Assembly (NCBI GenBank): GCA_965198225.1
Contig: CBDAOY010000003.1
Coordinates: forward strand, 32,001-96,000
DNA: 64,000 bases
Direction of reading: 5' to 3'
DNA from: Terriglobia bacterium
GTDB lineage: Bacteria > Acidobacteriota > Terriglobia > 20CM-2-55-15
Below are positions 23,539-33,228 of this stretch, in pieces. Under the pieces are notes generated by a model. It was given only the letters and a program-made list of their open reading frames with translations, searched no databases and was not told the DNA's origin. Each line of letters starts with the position of its first letter. Positions within the stretch are counted from its first letter, which is position 1. Both the position numbers and the translations under genes were made by a program.

Positions 23539-24107
23539 AGAACACTCGCACCAGGGAGGCCGAGAAGAGAGCGCGACAGCGCGGAGTGACTCTGATCGAA
23601 GTCATGATATCGGTAGGTTTCCTGAGCGTTGCCTTGATGGGCGCTGCCCTTACGATGGCGACCGGCATTTCCTCTGTCCTCATCAGTCAGGAGCAACTCC
23701 TGGGCAAGCAGAAGGCCCGCGAGGCGATCGAAAGCGTCTTTACCTCGCGGAACACCCAGAACGTCACTTTCGACCAGATCCGGAACGTGGCCGACGGCGG
23801 TATTTTCCTGGACGGTCTCCAACAGCTCAGGCAGATGGGCGTCGACGGAATCGCCAATACGGCCGACGATGCGGCCGCCAATGTCGAGACTTTGACGACT
23901 ACCGGACCGGACGGCCAGCTTGGAACGGCCGATGACGTGGTTCGAACGCTGACTACTTTTCAACGCAGTGTCACGATTACCGACGTCCTGATGGCAAACA
24001 ATACCGTCGATCCGGACGTTCGCCAGATCCAGGTCCTGGTTCAGTACACATTCAGGGGCGTGCAGCGAACGATCACGATCAGTTCCATGATTTCCCGATT
24101 CAGTTGA
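23535..24107 (+). CDS. Type IV minor pilin, PilV-like (set 1)
   Basis: G|VTLIE; two GxDGxxxTADD acidic loops. Confidence 0.8.
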   Translation: MKNTRTREAEKRARQRGVTLIEVMISVGFLSVALMGAALTMATGISSVLISQEQLLGKQKAREAIESVFTSRNTQNVTFDQIRNVADGGIFLDGLQQLRQMGVDGIANTADDAAANVETLTTTGPDGQLGTADDVVRTLTTFQRSVTITDVLMANNTVDPDVRQIQVLVQYTFRGVQRTITISSMISRFS

Positions 24108-24119
24108 TGGGAGCTTGAT

Positions 24120-25163
24120 TTGATGCTCGAAACACAACGTTTCCAGACTCGCTCAGACCAAAGCGGGTTTACTCTCGTCGAGTTCCTCGTCGCCAGCGGT
24201 GCCACCTTGATCATTATGGCTGCGACTTTCACGCTACTCGGATCCATCTTTTCGTCCAACACGACCATGGTCCGTGTCATGGATACGCAGCAGAAGATCC
24301 GGGTTGGGCTGAACGAACTGGCCCGGGAGACAGTCCGCGCGGGAACCGGGTTGCCGGGCGGCGGAATCAACATCCCGAACGGCAACAACTCCCAGCCCAT
24401 TGTGCGTCCGGGCGTCGCGGGCAACAACCTGCCGACCCCGAACAATATCCTCGCCATCCTCAGTCCCGGAGACGGAGTCGGACCTACGATTGCTAATGTG
24501 CCGACAGACGTGATCACGATTCTGACGGTCGATCAGGCGGCGCCAAACTGGAACATCGACGATATCAATCCCGCGGGGAACAATGTGGACTGGGTCCAGG
24601 ACATCAGCCAGGGAGAGTTTCAGCTGGTCGTCGGCGATCTTCTCCTGTTCAACAACGTGAACGCATCGGTCTTTGCCCAGGTCACGAACGTTCAGACGAA
24701 CGGGAACAACAATAGCGCGATCTTCGCGAACAGCGATCCGCTGGGGTTCAACCAGCCGAGTGCCGCCAACGGGAACATCAACTCGCTCGCCAACGCGGGG
24801 AATCCCGTCACTTTTCCTCCGACGACCGCCACAAGGGTCCGGATCATCACCTACTACCTGGACAACACGGACGTTCTACACCCCAAGTTGATGCGGCAGG
24901 AGAACTCCGGGAGCGTACAGGTCGTCGCGGAGGACATATACAACCTGCAGTTCTCTTATGATTTGTTCGATTTCGCGACGAATACCGACACCGTGAACCA
25001 GGCGACGACGAACTCGCCCAACCAGATTCGTGCGGTTTCGATATCGATCGATGGGCGGTCGACCAGCGTGGACCCCAGGACCAACGATTATTTCCGATTC
25101 GGGCTGGTTTCAAAAGTCAACGTGCGGAACGCGACGTTCCGGAACCGGTACCAGGGAAGCTGA
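24120..25163 (+). CDS. Type IV minor pilin, PilW-like (set 1)
   Basis: G|FTLVE; VVAEDIYNLQFSY...IRAVSI...VNVRN PilW-type C-terminus. Confidence 0.82.
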   Translation: MMLETQRFQTRSDQSGFTLVEFLVASGATLIIMAATFTLLGSIFSSNTTMVRVMDTQQKIRVGLNELARETVRAGTGLPGGGINIPNGNNSQPIVRPGVAGNNLPTPNNILAILSPGDGVGPTIANVPTDVITILTVDQAAPNWNIDDINPAGNNVDWVQDISQGEFQLVVGDLLLFNNVNASVFAQVTNVQTNGNNNSAIFANSDPLGFNQPSAANGNINSLANAGNPVTFPPTTATRVRIITYYLDNTDVLHPKLMRQENSGSVQVVAEDIYNLQFSYDLFDFATNTDTVNQATTNSPNQIRAVSISIDGRSTSVDPRTNDYFRFGLVSKVNVRNATFRNRYQGS

Positions 25164-25173
25164 GGAAACTACC

Positions 25174-27750
25174 ATGAAAAGGGTGCATGACAACCACGAG
25201 GGCTTCGTCCTGTTGACGTCCCTGATCGTCATCGTGATCATGACCGGTCTGATCTTGACGTTCGTGGACCAGGTGCGAACCGAACAGAACATCGCAGGCA
25301 ACGACCTGGACTACACGAATGCGTTCTACGCCGCCGAAGCCGGCCTGGAAAAACAGAACGCCGACCTGTCGAAACTCTTCCAGCTGACCATTTTCCCGAC
25401 GACGGCGCAGATTGACGCGATCGAGGCGGTGGCGAGCCGGCCGGTGTTGCCGAACATCACCTACGCCGAGTACACGGTGACCGGCGGGCAGTCGACGAAC
25501 CTGACCGCTGCGATCAACGACACCACGACCACGATTCCCGTGGTAGCCACGGCAGGATGGCCAACCACCGGATACCTCATGATCGACTCCGAGGAAATCA
25601 CCTACACGGGGTTGACCGCTACGTCTTTCACGGGTGTGGCTCGCGGCGCCAACGCAACGACTGCCGCCGCGCACGGCACCGCCAGGATTGTTTCGCGATC
25701 CCGGGTGGTCCTGATGACCGAGGGGCCCAACGAAGGCCTCGCTGCGCAGGTGATCCCGTTCGACCTGACCGTCACGGCCCAGGCGGGACGCGGGTCTGAA
25801 GCCCGGCTGAATCGGCAGGCGCAGGTCGCGTTGATACCCGTCTTTCAGTTCGGAGTCTTTTCGGATTCCGACCTGGCGTTTCACGCCGGCCCCAGCTTTG
25901 ATTTCGGCGGACGTGTTCACACGAACGGCAACCTGTTCCTGATGCAGGGCGGCGGATCCGGCAACACCTTGACGATGTCCCAGCGAGTCACGGCGGTCGC
26001 AGAGGTGATCCGGATGCAGCGCAGCAACCGTCGGGTCAACGATTCCCACCTGCGCACGGTGCGCGTCCTGACCAGCCCTGGCAACTTCCGGAACCTGGCC
26101 TTGAGCGAGGGCAGTGTCGTCGCCGGGCTTGGTTCGGCCTCCAACGCCGCCTGGCCGGGGCTTTCGCTGACGACTTACAACGGCAACATCCTGAACGGCG
26201 ACACGGGTGCCAAACCGCTCACGCTGCCGTTCGCCGGGGGAGGAGCGGCGCCGATCGAAATCATACGCCGGCCTCCAGCGGCCGAAGATCCGACTTCGAT
26301 CCTGGGCCAGTCCCGTCTCTACAATCAGGCCAGCGTTCGGATCCTCGTGTCGGATTCGACGGCGAACCTGCCGGGTAACGTCGGCTATCCGCTGAACGCC
26401 AACCTGGAGGGGAATCCCTGGAATTACACCGTGGATGCCACGCATCCGCCGTTCGCGATGACCGACGCCTCGGACTCTGATTTCAAGGATGCGCTCGGAA
26501 ACGACGAGACCACCGACAGCCCCGCGATCGACGGGTTCATCAAGGTCGACATCAAGCTGCTGAATGGGAACTGGCAGGATGTGACGATGGAGGTGCTCAA
26601 CCTGGGAATCTCCCAGAACAATGCGGACGCGATCCTGAAGTTCCAGCGGCTGAAGACCGGAGCGTCGGCGGGGAGCACAACCGCCACGGACTACTGGTCG
26701 CTGAAGCTTTACGACACGCGTGAGGGAGAACTCCGGCAGTACATTTCGTCGGGCCCGAACACTAAGCCGTCGAACATGACGAAGCTGGGGCTGATGGGGC
26801 TCGTCGAGCTGGACGTCACAAACTTGAGGCGCTGGTTCGAGGGCACGATAGGCATCAACGGCGTGAACGCCTTGAACAACAGCGGCTACATCGTTTACTT
26901 CTCGGATCGTCGTGGAAACCGGGACAACAACGGCAACGAAACCGGGCAGTTCGGCTGGGAAGACTACGTGAACCCTGGCAGCCAGCAGGGAACGCCGAAC
27001 GGCACGCTGGACGAAGGCGAAGACGTGAACGAGAATGCCACATTGGAGACGTACGGAGCCAACCAGCCGATCGCGCCGTTCGCACCGAGCACCGACCTCT
27101 GGGCGAACCGCTACAACCAGAACCAGGCGAAGAAGAACAGGATCTACTATTTCCGCCGAGGGTTAAGACTCGTCAACGGCAGTGGCGCCAACCTGCCAGA
27201 TCCAGGTTTCACGGTCTCGGCCGAGAACGCTGTCTATGTCCAGGGAAACTACAACGCCGACAACACCGGCTTCGGCGGGACGCACTCCTACGCCGCGGTC
27301 ATCGCCGACACGGTCAAACTGCTGTCCAACGCCTGGTCGGACGACAAGTCGTTCAGCCATCCCCAGAGTCTGTCCTCGTCGGGACGCAACGCCACATCGA
27401 CCTGGTTCCGCGTCGCGCTTGCGGCGGGGAAGACCCCGATGTTCACCTACCCGACCAACACGATCAGCGACGGCGGTTTTGGGGGCGACGGCGGCGTGCA
27501 CAATTTCTTCCACTACATGGAGCGCTGGTCCGGCGACACCTTGAGCTACCTCGGTTCCCTGGTCTCGCTCTATCATTCCCATCAGACGATCGGCCTGATG
27601 AAGTGCTGTGCGATCACGTACTCTCCGCCGACACGGAACTTCACGTTCGACGTCGAGTTCCTGGTGCCGTCCCAGCTGCCGCCCGGGACGCCCCGGTTCC
27701 GGGACATCAACAACCTGTCGTTCCGGCAGACGATTCGGTCCGACTTTTGA
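25174..27750 (+). CDS. Large PilX-like pilin with extended C-terminal (adhesin-like) region, 858 aa
   Basis: RBS GAGG plus ATG at 25174; G|FVLLT (no Glu5, PilX hallmark), AFYAAEAGLE, GRVHTNGNLF, LPPGTP. Confidence 0.82.
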   Translation: MKRVHDNHEGFVLLTSLIVIVIMTGLILTFVDQVRTEQNIAGNDLDYTNAFYAAEAGLEKQNADLSKLFQLTIFPTTAQIDAIEAVASRPVLPNITYAEYTVTGGQSTNLTAAINDTTTTIPVVATAGWPTTGYLMIDSEEITYTGLTATSFTGVARGANATTAAAHGTARIVSRSRVVLMTEGPNEGLAAQVIPFDLTVTAQAGRGSEARLNRQAQVALIPVFQFGVFSDSDLAFHAGPSFDFGGRVHTNGNLFLMQGGGSGNTLTMSQRVTAVAEVIRMQRSNRRVNDSHLRTVRVLTSPGNFRNLALSEGSVVAGLGSASNAAWPGLSLTTYNGNILNGDTGAKPLTLPFAGGGAAPIEIIRRPPAAEDPTSILGQSRLYNQASVRILVSDSTANLPGNVGYPLNANLEGNPWNYTVDATHPPFAMTDASDSDFKDALGNDETTDSPAIDGFIKVDIKLLNGNWQDVTMEVLNLGISQNNADAILKFQRLKTGASAGSTTATDYWSLKLYDTREGELRQYISSGPNTKPSNMTKLGLMGLVELDVTNLRRWFEGTIGINGVNALNNSGYIVYFSDRRGNRDNNGNETGQFGWEDYVNPGSQQGTPNGTLDEGEDVNENATLETYGANQPIAPFAPSTDLWANRYNQNQAKKNRIYYFRRGLRLVNGSGANLPDPGFTVSAENAVYVQGNYNADNTGFGGTHSYAAVIADTVKLLSNAWSDDKSFSHPQSLSSSGRNATSTWFRVALAAGKTPMFTYPTNTISDGGFGGDGGVHNFFHYMERWSGDTLSYLGSLVSLYHSHQTIGLMKCCAITYSPPTRNFTFDVEFLVPSQLPPGTPRFRDINNLSFRQTIRSDF

Positions 27751-27844
27751 GTGAGATCCTCGTCCTGACGACGAGCGAGCATCAGGCTCTTCCCTAAGAA
27801 ATCTTGCCGTGCCTGCCGTCCCGGGGGTAAGGGCCCGGGTCCGG

Positions 27845-28296
27845 TTGAGCCGGCAGCTCGGAATGACAATGTTCGAAGTCCTTATCGTCGTGATGATCCT
27901 CGCGACGTGTCCTTTCTAACGATCGTCGGCATGGCCGCGCTCCCGCAGCTACTGGAAACCCGCGACAATTATCGATTGACGGCCGTGGCGAGCGAGCTCA
28001 CTGGAAACATCACCAACGCCCGGATCATGTCGATAACACGGAACGTGGACGTCCGTGTGACAACGTTGAGCACGACCAGCTACGTCCTGCAACAGGCGAA
28101 CGGCAACAACTGGACCACCCAGGAGACACACACGATGGCGACGGGGTTTACGCTGGCCCCCGCAAATCCCGGGGAAACAGCGGTGTTCCACTCCAGGGGG
28201 AACGCCAGCCCCGTCACCACCTTTACGATCACGAATCCCAACAGCCTTACCCGACAGGTCGTCGTCGAGGCTTCGGGTCGAATCCATGCGCAATAG
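27845..28296 (+). pseudogene. FimT/FimU-like minor pilin (set 2), frameshifted by a 17-nt insertion
   Basis: TTG start MSRQLG|MTMFEVLIVVMILA, then a stop; body IVGMAALPQL...FHSRG...VVVEASGRI in another frame; deleting CGTGTCCTTTCTAACGA restores LAIVGMA. Confidence 0.75.
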
Positions 28297-28726
28297 CCGA
28301 GGCTTCACGCTGATCGAAACCCTGGTCGCCACCGCTATCCTGGTGTCGGGTCTGGTTGCGGTGGCCTATATGTTCAGCTATTCGGCACGGACGAACATCA
28401 CGACCCAGCAGATCACCTCGGGTACGCTGCTCCTCTACAATAAGATGGAGGAGCTGAAGGCGTCAGGGATGGCGAACCTCACCGTCGGCGGCGGGCTGAG
28501 CGGAGCGGCTCCGACGCCCAACTACTTCGACTACGTCTCGATTGGCACCAACGGCGCAATTGTTTCCGATACGGTGACGGCCTCTGCGCCATACGTGCGT
28601 GTCTGGCAGATCACGGGCGCGAACCCGAGGACGGTGACGATCGTCGTCTTCGCTCAGCGGGCCGGAATAGGAGGTCAGCGGATGGAACTGATCCGTGCGA
28701 CGACCAGCGTGACTTCGACGTTCTGA
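28286..28726 (+). CDS. Type IV minor pilin, PilV-like (set 2)
   Basis: G|FTLIE, NKMEELK, YVRVWQI. Confidence 0.82.
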   Translation: MRNSRGFTLIETLVATAILVSGLVAVAYMFSYSARTNITTQQITSGTLLLYNKMEELKASGMANLTVGGGLSGAAPTPNYFDYVSIGTNGAIVSDTVTASAPYVRVWQITGANPRTVTIVVFAQRAGIGGQRMELIRATTSVTSTF

Positions 28727-29622
28727 TGCTCCAAGGAAACGCCATCGCTAGAGCGCGGGGCTTCTCGCTCATCGAGTTGATGTTCGCGATGTCGATCACG
28801 ATGGGTCTCGGTCTGATCGTCTTCCAGATGTTCCTGCAGAACGAACGAGTGTTCCAGGACCAGAACCTGGTTCTGGAGATGCAACAGAGTACCCGCGCGG
28901 TCGCCTCGATGGTCGTCGACGAGGTGCGGAAGGCCGGCCAGGGAATCCCGGTTTACAGCGCCGGCCAGGACGCGGCCGTCGCGGAGGCCGCCCAGGCTTT
29001 CCTGGACGGGACGAACGCCGGGACGCTGCGCTTCCGGGCCGGAATCCGCAACGCCGTAACTACGACCGCCAACCCCCTGGCCTACACCCTGAACAACTCG
29101 GCGACGATCACGGTGGCCAGCGCGGCGTCGATCAACGCCATTGTCGGCGCCAATACAGGGCGGTTCGTCTACCTGTGGGGACCGACAGCGAACTCCTGGA
29201 CATGGGTGCGGGCGGAAATCACGGCCATCAACGCCGGAGCCAACCAGATCACCGCGACGACGCGACAGATGAGCGGTCAGGGCGGAACGTTCTCATCGAC
29301 TCCGACGGTATCCCTGGAGGAGGGCATTTCCTACCGCCTGTCCAACGGCGCGATCCTTCGTGGGACAACCACGACTTTCACGAACCTCACGAATCCGACG
29401 TTCACCGAAAGCACCGTCGGAAACAACTTCGCGACGCTGGCCTTCACCTACTACGACGCCAGTAACACGGCCGTCAATCCGACGAACTTGGCCTCGCGGT
29501 CGACGATTCGGCGGGTGGACCTCACGGTGGCCGGCGAAACTTCGGATACGTTATCGACCGGTTCCCGGCAATCCTACCCGGTGACGCTTTCGGTGTACCC
29601 CAGGAATGCCGGTTTGAATTGA
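28726..29622 (+). CDS. Type IV minor pilin, PilW-like (set 2)
   Basis: G|FSLIE, EVRKAG, LAFTYYD...IRRVDL...VYPRN. Confidence 0.82.
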   Translation: MLQGNAIARARGFSLIELMFAMSITMGLGLIVFQMFLQNERVFQDQNLVLEMQQSTRAVASMVVDEVRKAGQGIPVYSAGQDAAVAEAAQAFLDGTNAGTLRFRAGIRNAVTTTANPLAYTLNNSATITVASAASINAIVGANTGRFVYLWGPTANSWTWVRAEITAINAGANQITATTRQMSGQGGTFSSTPTVSLEEGISYRLSNGAILRGTTTTFTNLTNPTFTESTVGNNFATLAFTYYDASNTAVNPTNLASRSTIRRVDLTVAGETSDTLSTGSRQSYPVTLSVYPRNAGLN

Positions 29623-29654
29623 CGCTGCCAGAGAGCGAAACTTCAGCATGGGGT

Positions 29655-29947
29655 GTAGGGGCGCTCTATGAGGGCAGGTGGTCTGGGTTCGAAACGTGTA
29701 GGTGCGCTCTATGAGCGTACGTGGTTTCGGTTCGAACAATGTGCGGTCATAGACCATTGGTGTCCAAAGCGTCTGCAGGGAACTCCTCTGGTGCGGGATA
29801 AGCCCGTTCGAATCAGTAGGCGCAGGGTCAAGTCCCCAGAGAGGTTTCGGTGCCGGAGACAAGCGAAACTCTTGGCTCGGGTGTAGGGGCGCTCTATGAG
29901 CGCACGTGTTTCGGTTCGAAGAGTGTGCGGTCATAGACCGCACCTAC
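29655..29947. repeat. GTAG REP cluster (about 5 units) between convergent pilin genes
   Basis: GTAGG(G/T)GCGCTCTATGAGCG units and inverted GTGCGGTCATAGACCGCACCTAC with TTCGGTTCGAA spacers. Confidence 0.85.
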
Positions 29948-29981
29948 ACCTCGTGCGCACAAGGGCCGGCAGATCAAGCGT

Positions 29982-31247
29982 CTAGTACTCCCGCAGGGAT
30001 ATGGGCGAGTACGGGAAACTGCCGTTGGCGTTGGCAATCGTGGAAGTATCGTAGCGGATTCCATTGCCGCCGCCGCCGTTGAAATCGGCGATCACGTCGC
30101 CGCGTGAAGCGAGCACGGGCCCGAGCGGGTCCTGAGCCGTCTGGGTTCCGCGGCTCTTTGCGATGAGTATTCCCCCTCGGACCTCTCCATTTCCGCCACC
30201 GTTCCAGTGCAACTCTCCCTGACCGATGACCAGGATCAGACCGTTCCAGGCGAAGTTACCGCGCACCGTGAGGACTCCACGGACGAGCAGGATGCCGTAC
30301 CCGGTGCCGGGACCGAACTCGGCGTCGCCGTGCACGACCACGACACGGTAGTCATTGGCCGCCCCGATGCTTCCGATAGCCTGAGTGTTCCCAAATCCCG
30401 GTGTATACGAGTCGGTCGCCGCACCTGACAGGCTCGAAACCACCGTCTCGAGTCCCGCAGGGGTCGTCAGCAGCCCAGTCAGCTCCCCGCTGACGTCTGC
30501 GACGTCTGGAATGCCACCACCGTCACCGGTGTAGTTTGCCTGGCGGTTGTTGGGGATCGCGTTGGTTATCGTCGTGTCGTCCTGGCCCGAAATCGCGCCG
30601 ATAGCGTTCTCGTTGTTCCCGCTGCCGGCCTGATCGTTCCCGTCTATCCGGAAGAGGTTGGAGTTGGCCGCATCGAAGCATGGGGGGGGACCCGTACAAA
30701 CGCCACCATCGAGCGTCAACGCGGCAGGAATTGCGGGGAAGCTCCCACGTTTTGCATCGACCTCGATGATTCGAGTGGCGCTACCGATCCGAGCGATACT
30801 CACGAGCGTGATGACCTCGTTGGTATCTACCGTGGAGGCCGCTCCGTCCGCGACATCGTTGCGCAAGAACACGTGGTAGGTCCCGACCGTCCGACCGTCC
30901 GGGTCTACCAGAACCTGACCGGTGGCCCTCAGGTTGGCGTCTGACGGTAGAAGAGGGCGATCGTCGGTGGCCAGGAGCGTTGTCAGGTCGGCGGCCGTGG
31001 ACAGATTCGAGTCGACTCCGGCAGCCGTTACGAGGTCCGTATTGATGGCGTTCGCCGATCCCCGCAGAGCTTCTCGACCGGCGTCGATCCCGGCCTCGGC
31101 CAGAAACAGCAACTGAGTGTTGACCTTGTAGTTGTCGGCAATCTTGACGTCGACGGTCGTTGATGTCAGCAGGGCGGCGCCGACGATCGTTAGAAAGGAC
31201 AACAAGATCAGGGCCGTGATCAGGGCCATGCCTCGCTGTGGTTTCAC
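29982..31247 (-). CDS. PilX-like minor pilin (set 2), opposite strand
   Basis: QRG|MALIT (no Glu5), LFLAEAGID, Gly-rich beta C-terminus GYGILLVRGVL...GLILVIG. Confidence 0.82.
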   Translation of the reverse strand: MKPQRGMALITALILLSFLTIVGAALLTSTTVDVKIADNYKVNTQLLFLAEAGIDAGREALRGSANAINTDLVTAAGVDSNLSTAADLTTLLATDDRPLLPSDANLRATGQVLVDPDGRTVGTYHVFLRNDVADGAASTVDTNEVITLVSIARIGSATRIIEVDAKRGSFPAIPAALTLDGGVCTGPPPCFDAANSNLFRIDGNDQAGSGNNENAIGAISGQDDTTITNAIPNNRQANYTGDGGGIPDVADVSGELTGLLTTPAGLETVVSSLSGAATDSYTPGFGNTQAIGSIGAANDYRVVVVHGDAEFGPGTGYGILLVRGVLTVRGNFAWNGLILVIGQGELHWNGGGNGEVRGGILIAKSRGTQTAQDPLGPVLASRGDVIADFNGGGGNGIRYDTSTIANANGSFPYSPISLREY

Positions 31248-31499
31248 CGCATCACACTCCCGGGAACAAGTTACCCACAGTAGTTCATGCTTGGCTCCAC
31301 AGGCAATACAGGAAACACCTAGGTGATTCCCTGCAATATAATCAGAATTTAACCTACTACAGGATAATGAAACAGCAAGGGCAGGGAAAGGGCAAGCACT
31401 TTGGCTACCACGGGCTGCTAGAGGTCGCCGGTGCTGCAGATTCGCGAGAAGATAGGCAGATCGGGCCGAAGGTCGTCTCCGGCCCGAAATCGCAGGAGA

Positions 31500-32150
31500 T
31501 CAGACGGCCTTGACGAGGCCTTCCCGGATTGCGTACCGGATCAGCTCTCCGATCGTCCGGAGTCCCAGCTTGTCCATGATGTGCTGTCGATGCGTGTGGA
31601 TCGTCTTTGGGCTGACGAACAGCGTCTTTGCGACCTCGCTGGATGACTTGCCCTCCGCGAGCAGGTAGAAGACTTCCTTCTCACGTGGAGTCAGCGCCTC
31701 CAGGCCCCGTCGCGATTGTTCCTCACCCGGCTGCAGGTTCGCGAGGACCTTCGTCACGTCGGTGGAGAAGACCGAGCCTCCCTGATGAATCGTGCGGACC
31801 GCGGTGACGAGCTCGTTGTCGAGCGAGTCCTTCAGCAGGTACCCGGCAGCTCCGGCGGTCACGGCACCCGCGATCACCTGTCGCTCGCTGTGCACGGTAA
31901 GCATCAGAACCTTCGAGCCGCCCTTGGTGGCGATCTCCCGGGTGCTTTCGATACCGTTCTGACCGGGCATCGAGATGTCCATGATCACAATATCGGGATG
32001 CAACTTCGCGGCGAGTTCGACGGCTTCGGTGCCCGACGAGGCTTCGCCGACTACTTCCATGTCCGGCTCCTCCTCCAGAATCCGTTTCAGTCCCTGCCTC
32101 AAGATGGCGTGATCGTCAGCGATTACCAGTTTTATTTTTTCGTTTGTCAT
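31500..32150 (-). CDS. NarL/LuxR-family response regulator (copy 1)
   Basis: ADDH, MDISMP, GYLLKD, LTPREKEV...SPKTIHTHRQHIMDKL. Confidence 0.93.
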   Translation of the reverse strand: MTNEKIKLVIADDHAILRQGLKRILEEEPDMEVVGEASSGTEAVELAAKLHPDIVIMDISMPGQNGIESTREIATKGGSKVLMLTVHSERQVIAGAVTAGAAGYLLKDSLDNELVTAVRTIHQGGSVFSTDVTKVLANLQPGEEQSRRGLEALTPREKEVFYLLAEGKSSSEVAKTLFVSPKTIHTHRQHIMDKLGLRTIGELIRYAIREGLVKAV

Positions 32151-33219
32151 CTTCTTCACTCGTTCCCCTGGGGATAATCATTTCGACCGTGGTCCCCTGA
32201 CCCGACGCCGTACCGACCCGGAAGGATCCGCCGACGTCATTCATCCGCTGCCGGATGGTCCAGAAGCCAGAGCTCATCAATTTCCCACTTGTATCAAAAT
32301 AGCGGCGGGGATCGAATCCCCTTCCGTTGTCCTCTACCGCGACCCGAACCTCCGAATCGGAGAAACTCACTGCGATGTCTACCGCAGACGCCCCGGAATG
32401 CCGGATTGCATTGCTGATCGCTTCCTGACAACACCGATATAGCGCCATCGTCGGCGACTCGTCAAGCGGGTACGGTTTGCCATGAGTCCTGCAGCGCACA
32501 GCCACGTCCGAGGAGCTCGATACCTGTCCGGCCAGTTCCTCCAACGCGGGGACAAAACCCAGCGTGTCGAGGATCCTCGGGTAGAGCGTGTGCGATAGAT
32601 CGCGTATCTTCGACAGCAGGCTACCGACTTCGGCGCGCGCCTCTGCCAGTTCTTCGACGGCCTTTGCCGCGCTCCCGTTGCGCTTCATCTCGCTCTCGAG
32701 CAGCTTGAGCTTCAGCTTCAACGCGGCAATCGTCTGACCGACGTCGTCGTGCAGCTCGTGAGTGATCCGGCGACGTTCTTCATCCCGTGCACGCAGCGTC
32801 TCCCGTACGAGAACTGTTTCCGACACGGTGTTCTTCTGGGCGCGACGGAGGGCCGCGTGCATCGTCCGAGCCGCCGCGATCTGGGGCGCAAGCAGTTCCA
32901 GAATCCAGCCGTGATCTTCCGACGCGGGGCTCGTCGAGACAAAGCCGAACTGTTGGTCTCCGTTGCCGAACGACACGGTCTGGGCGGCCGGTGAAGGAGC
33001 GGGCCATTCCCCGAGCTCGAATTCCCGGATCCGGCGTCCCGTGGCATACCATTCCTTCCACTCGGACGCGGATCGGTAGACCACTCGCAGCTCCTTGGCC
33101 GGCGTCAGCTTCCGGACAATCTTCATTGTTTCCGCCACGACCGACCGCATGTCCTTGGCCTGCGTGATGGTTCGTCCGAATCGGCTGATCAGGCTGACGT
33201 CTGATTTGGAGATGTCCAT
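32116..33219 (-). CDS. Soluble HisKA_3 (NarX/UhpB-type) histidine kinase (copy 1)
   Basis: EERRRITHELHDDVGQ, QEAISNAIRHS, EDNGRGF, GTTVE; no TM segment evident. Confidence 0.88.
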   Translation of the reverse strand: MDISKSDVSLISRFGRTITQAKDMRSVVAETMKIVRKLTPAKELRVVYRSASEWKEWYATGRRIREFELGEWPAPSPAAQTVSFGNGDQQFGFVSTSPASEDHGWILELLAPQIAAARTMHAALRRAQKNTVSETVLVRETLRARDEERRRITHELHDDVGQTIAALKLKLKLLESEMKRNGSAAKAVEELAEARAEVGSLLSKIRDLSHTLYPRILDTLGFVPALEELAGQVSSSSDVAVRCRTHGKPYPLDESPTMALYRCCQEAISNAIRHSGASAVDIAVSFSDSEVRVAVEDNGRGFDPRRYFDTSGKLMSSGFWTIRQRMNDVGGSFRVGTASGQGTTVEMIIPRGTSEEDDKRKNKTGNR

Positions 33220-33228
33220 TCCGTTCAA

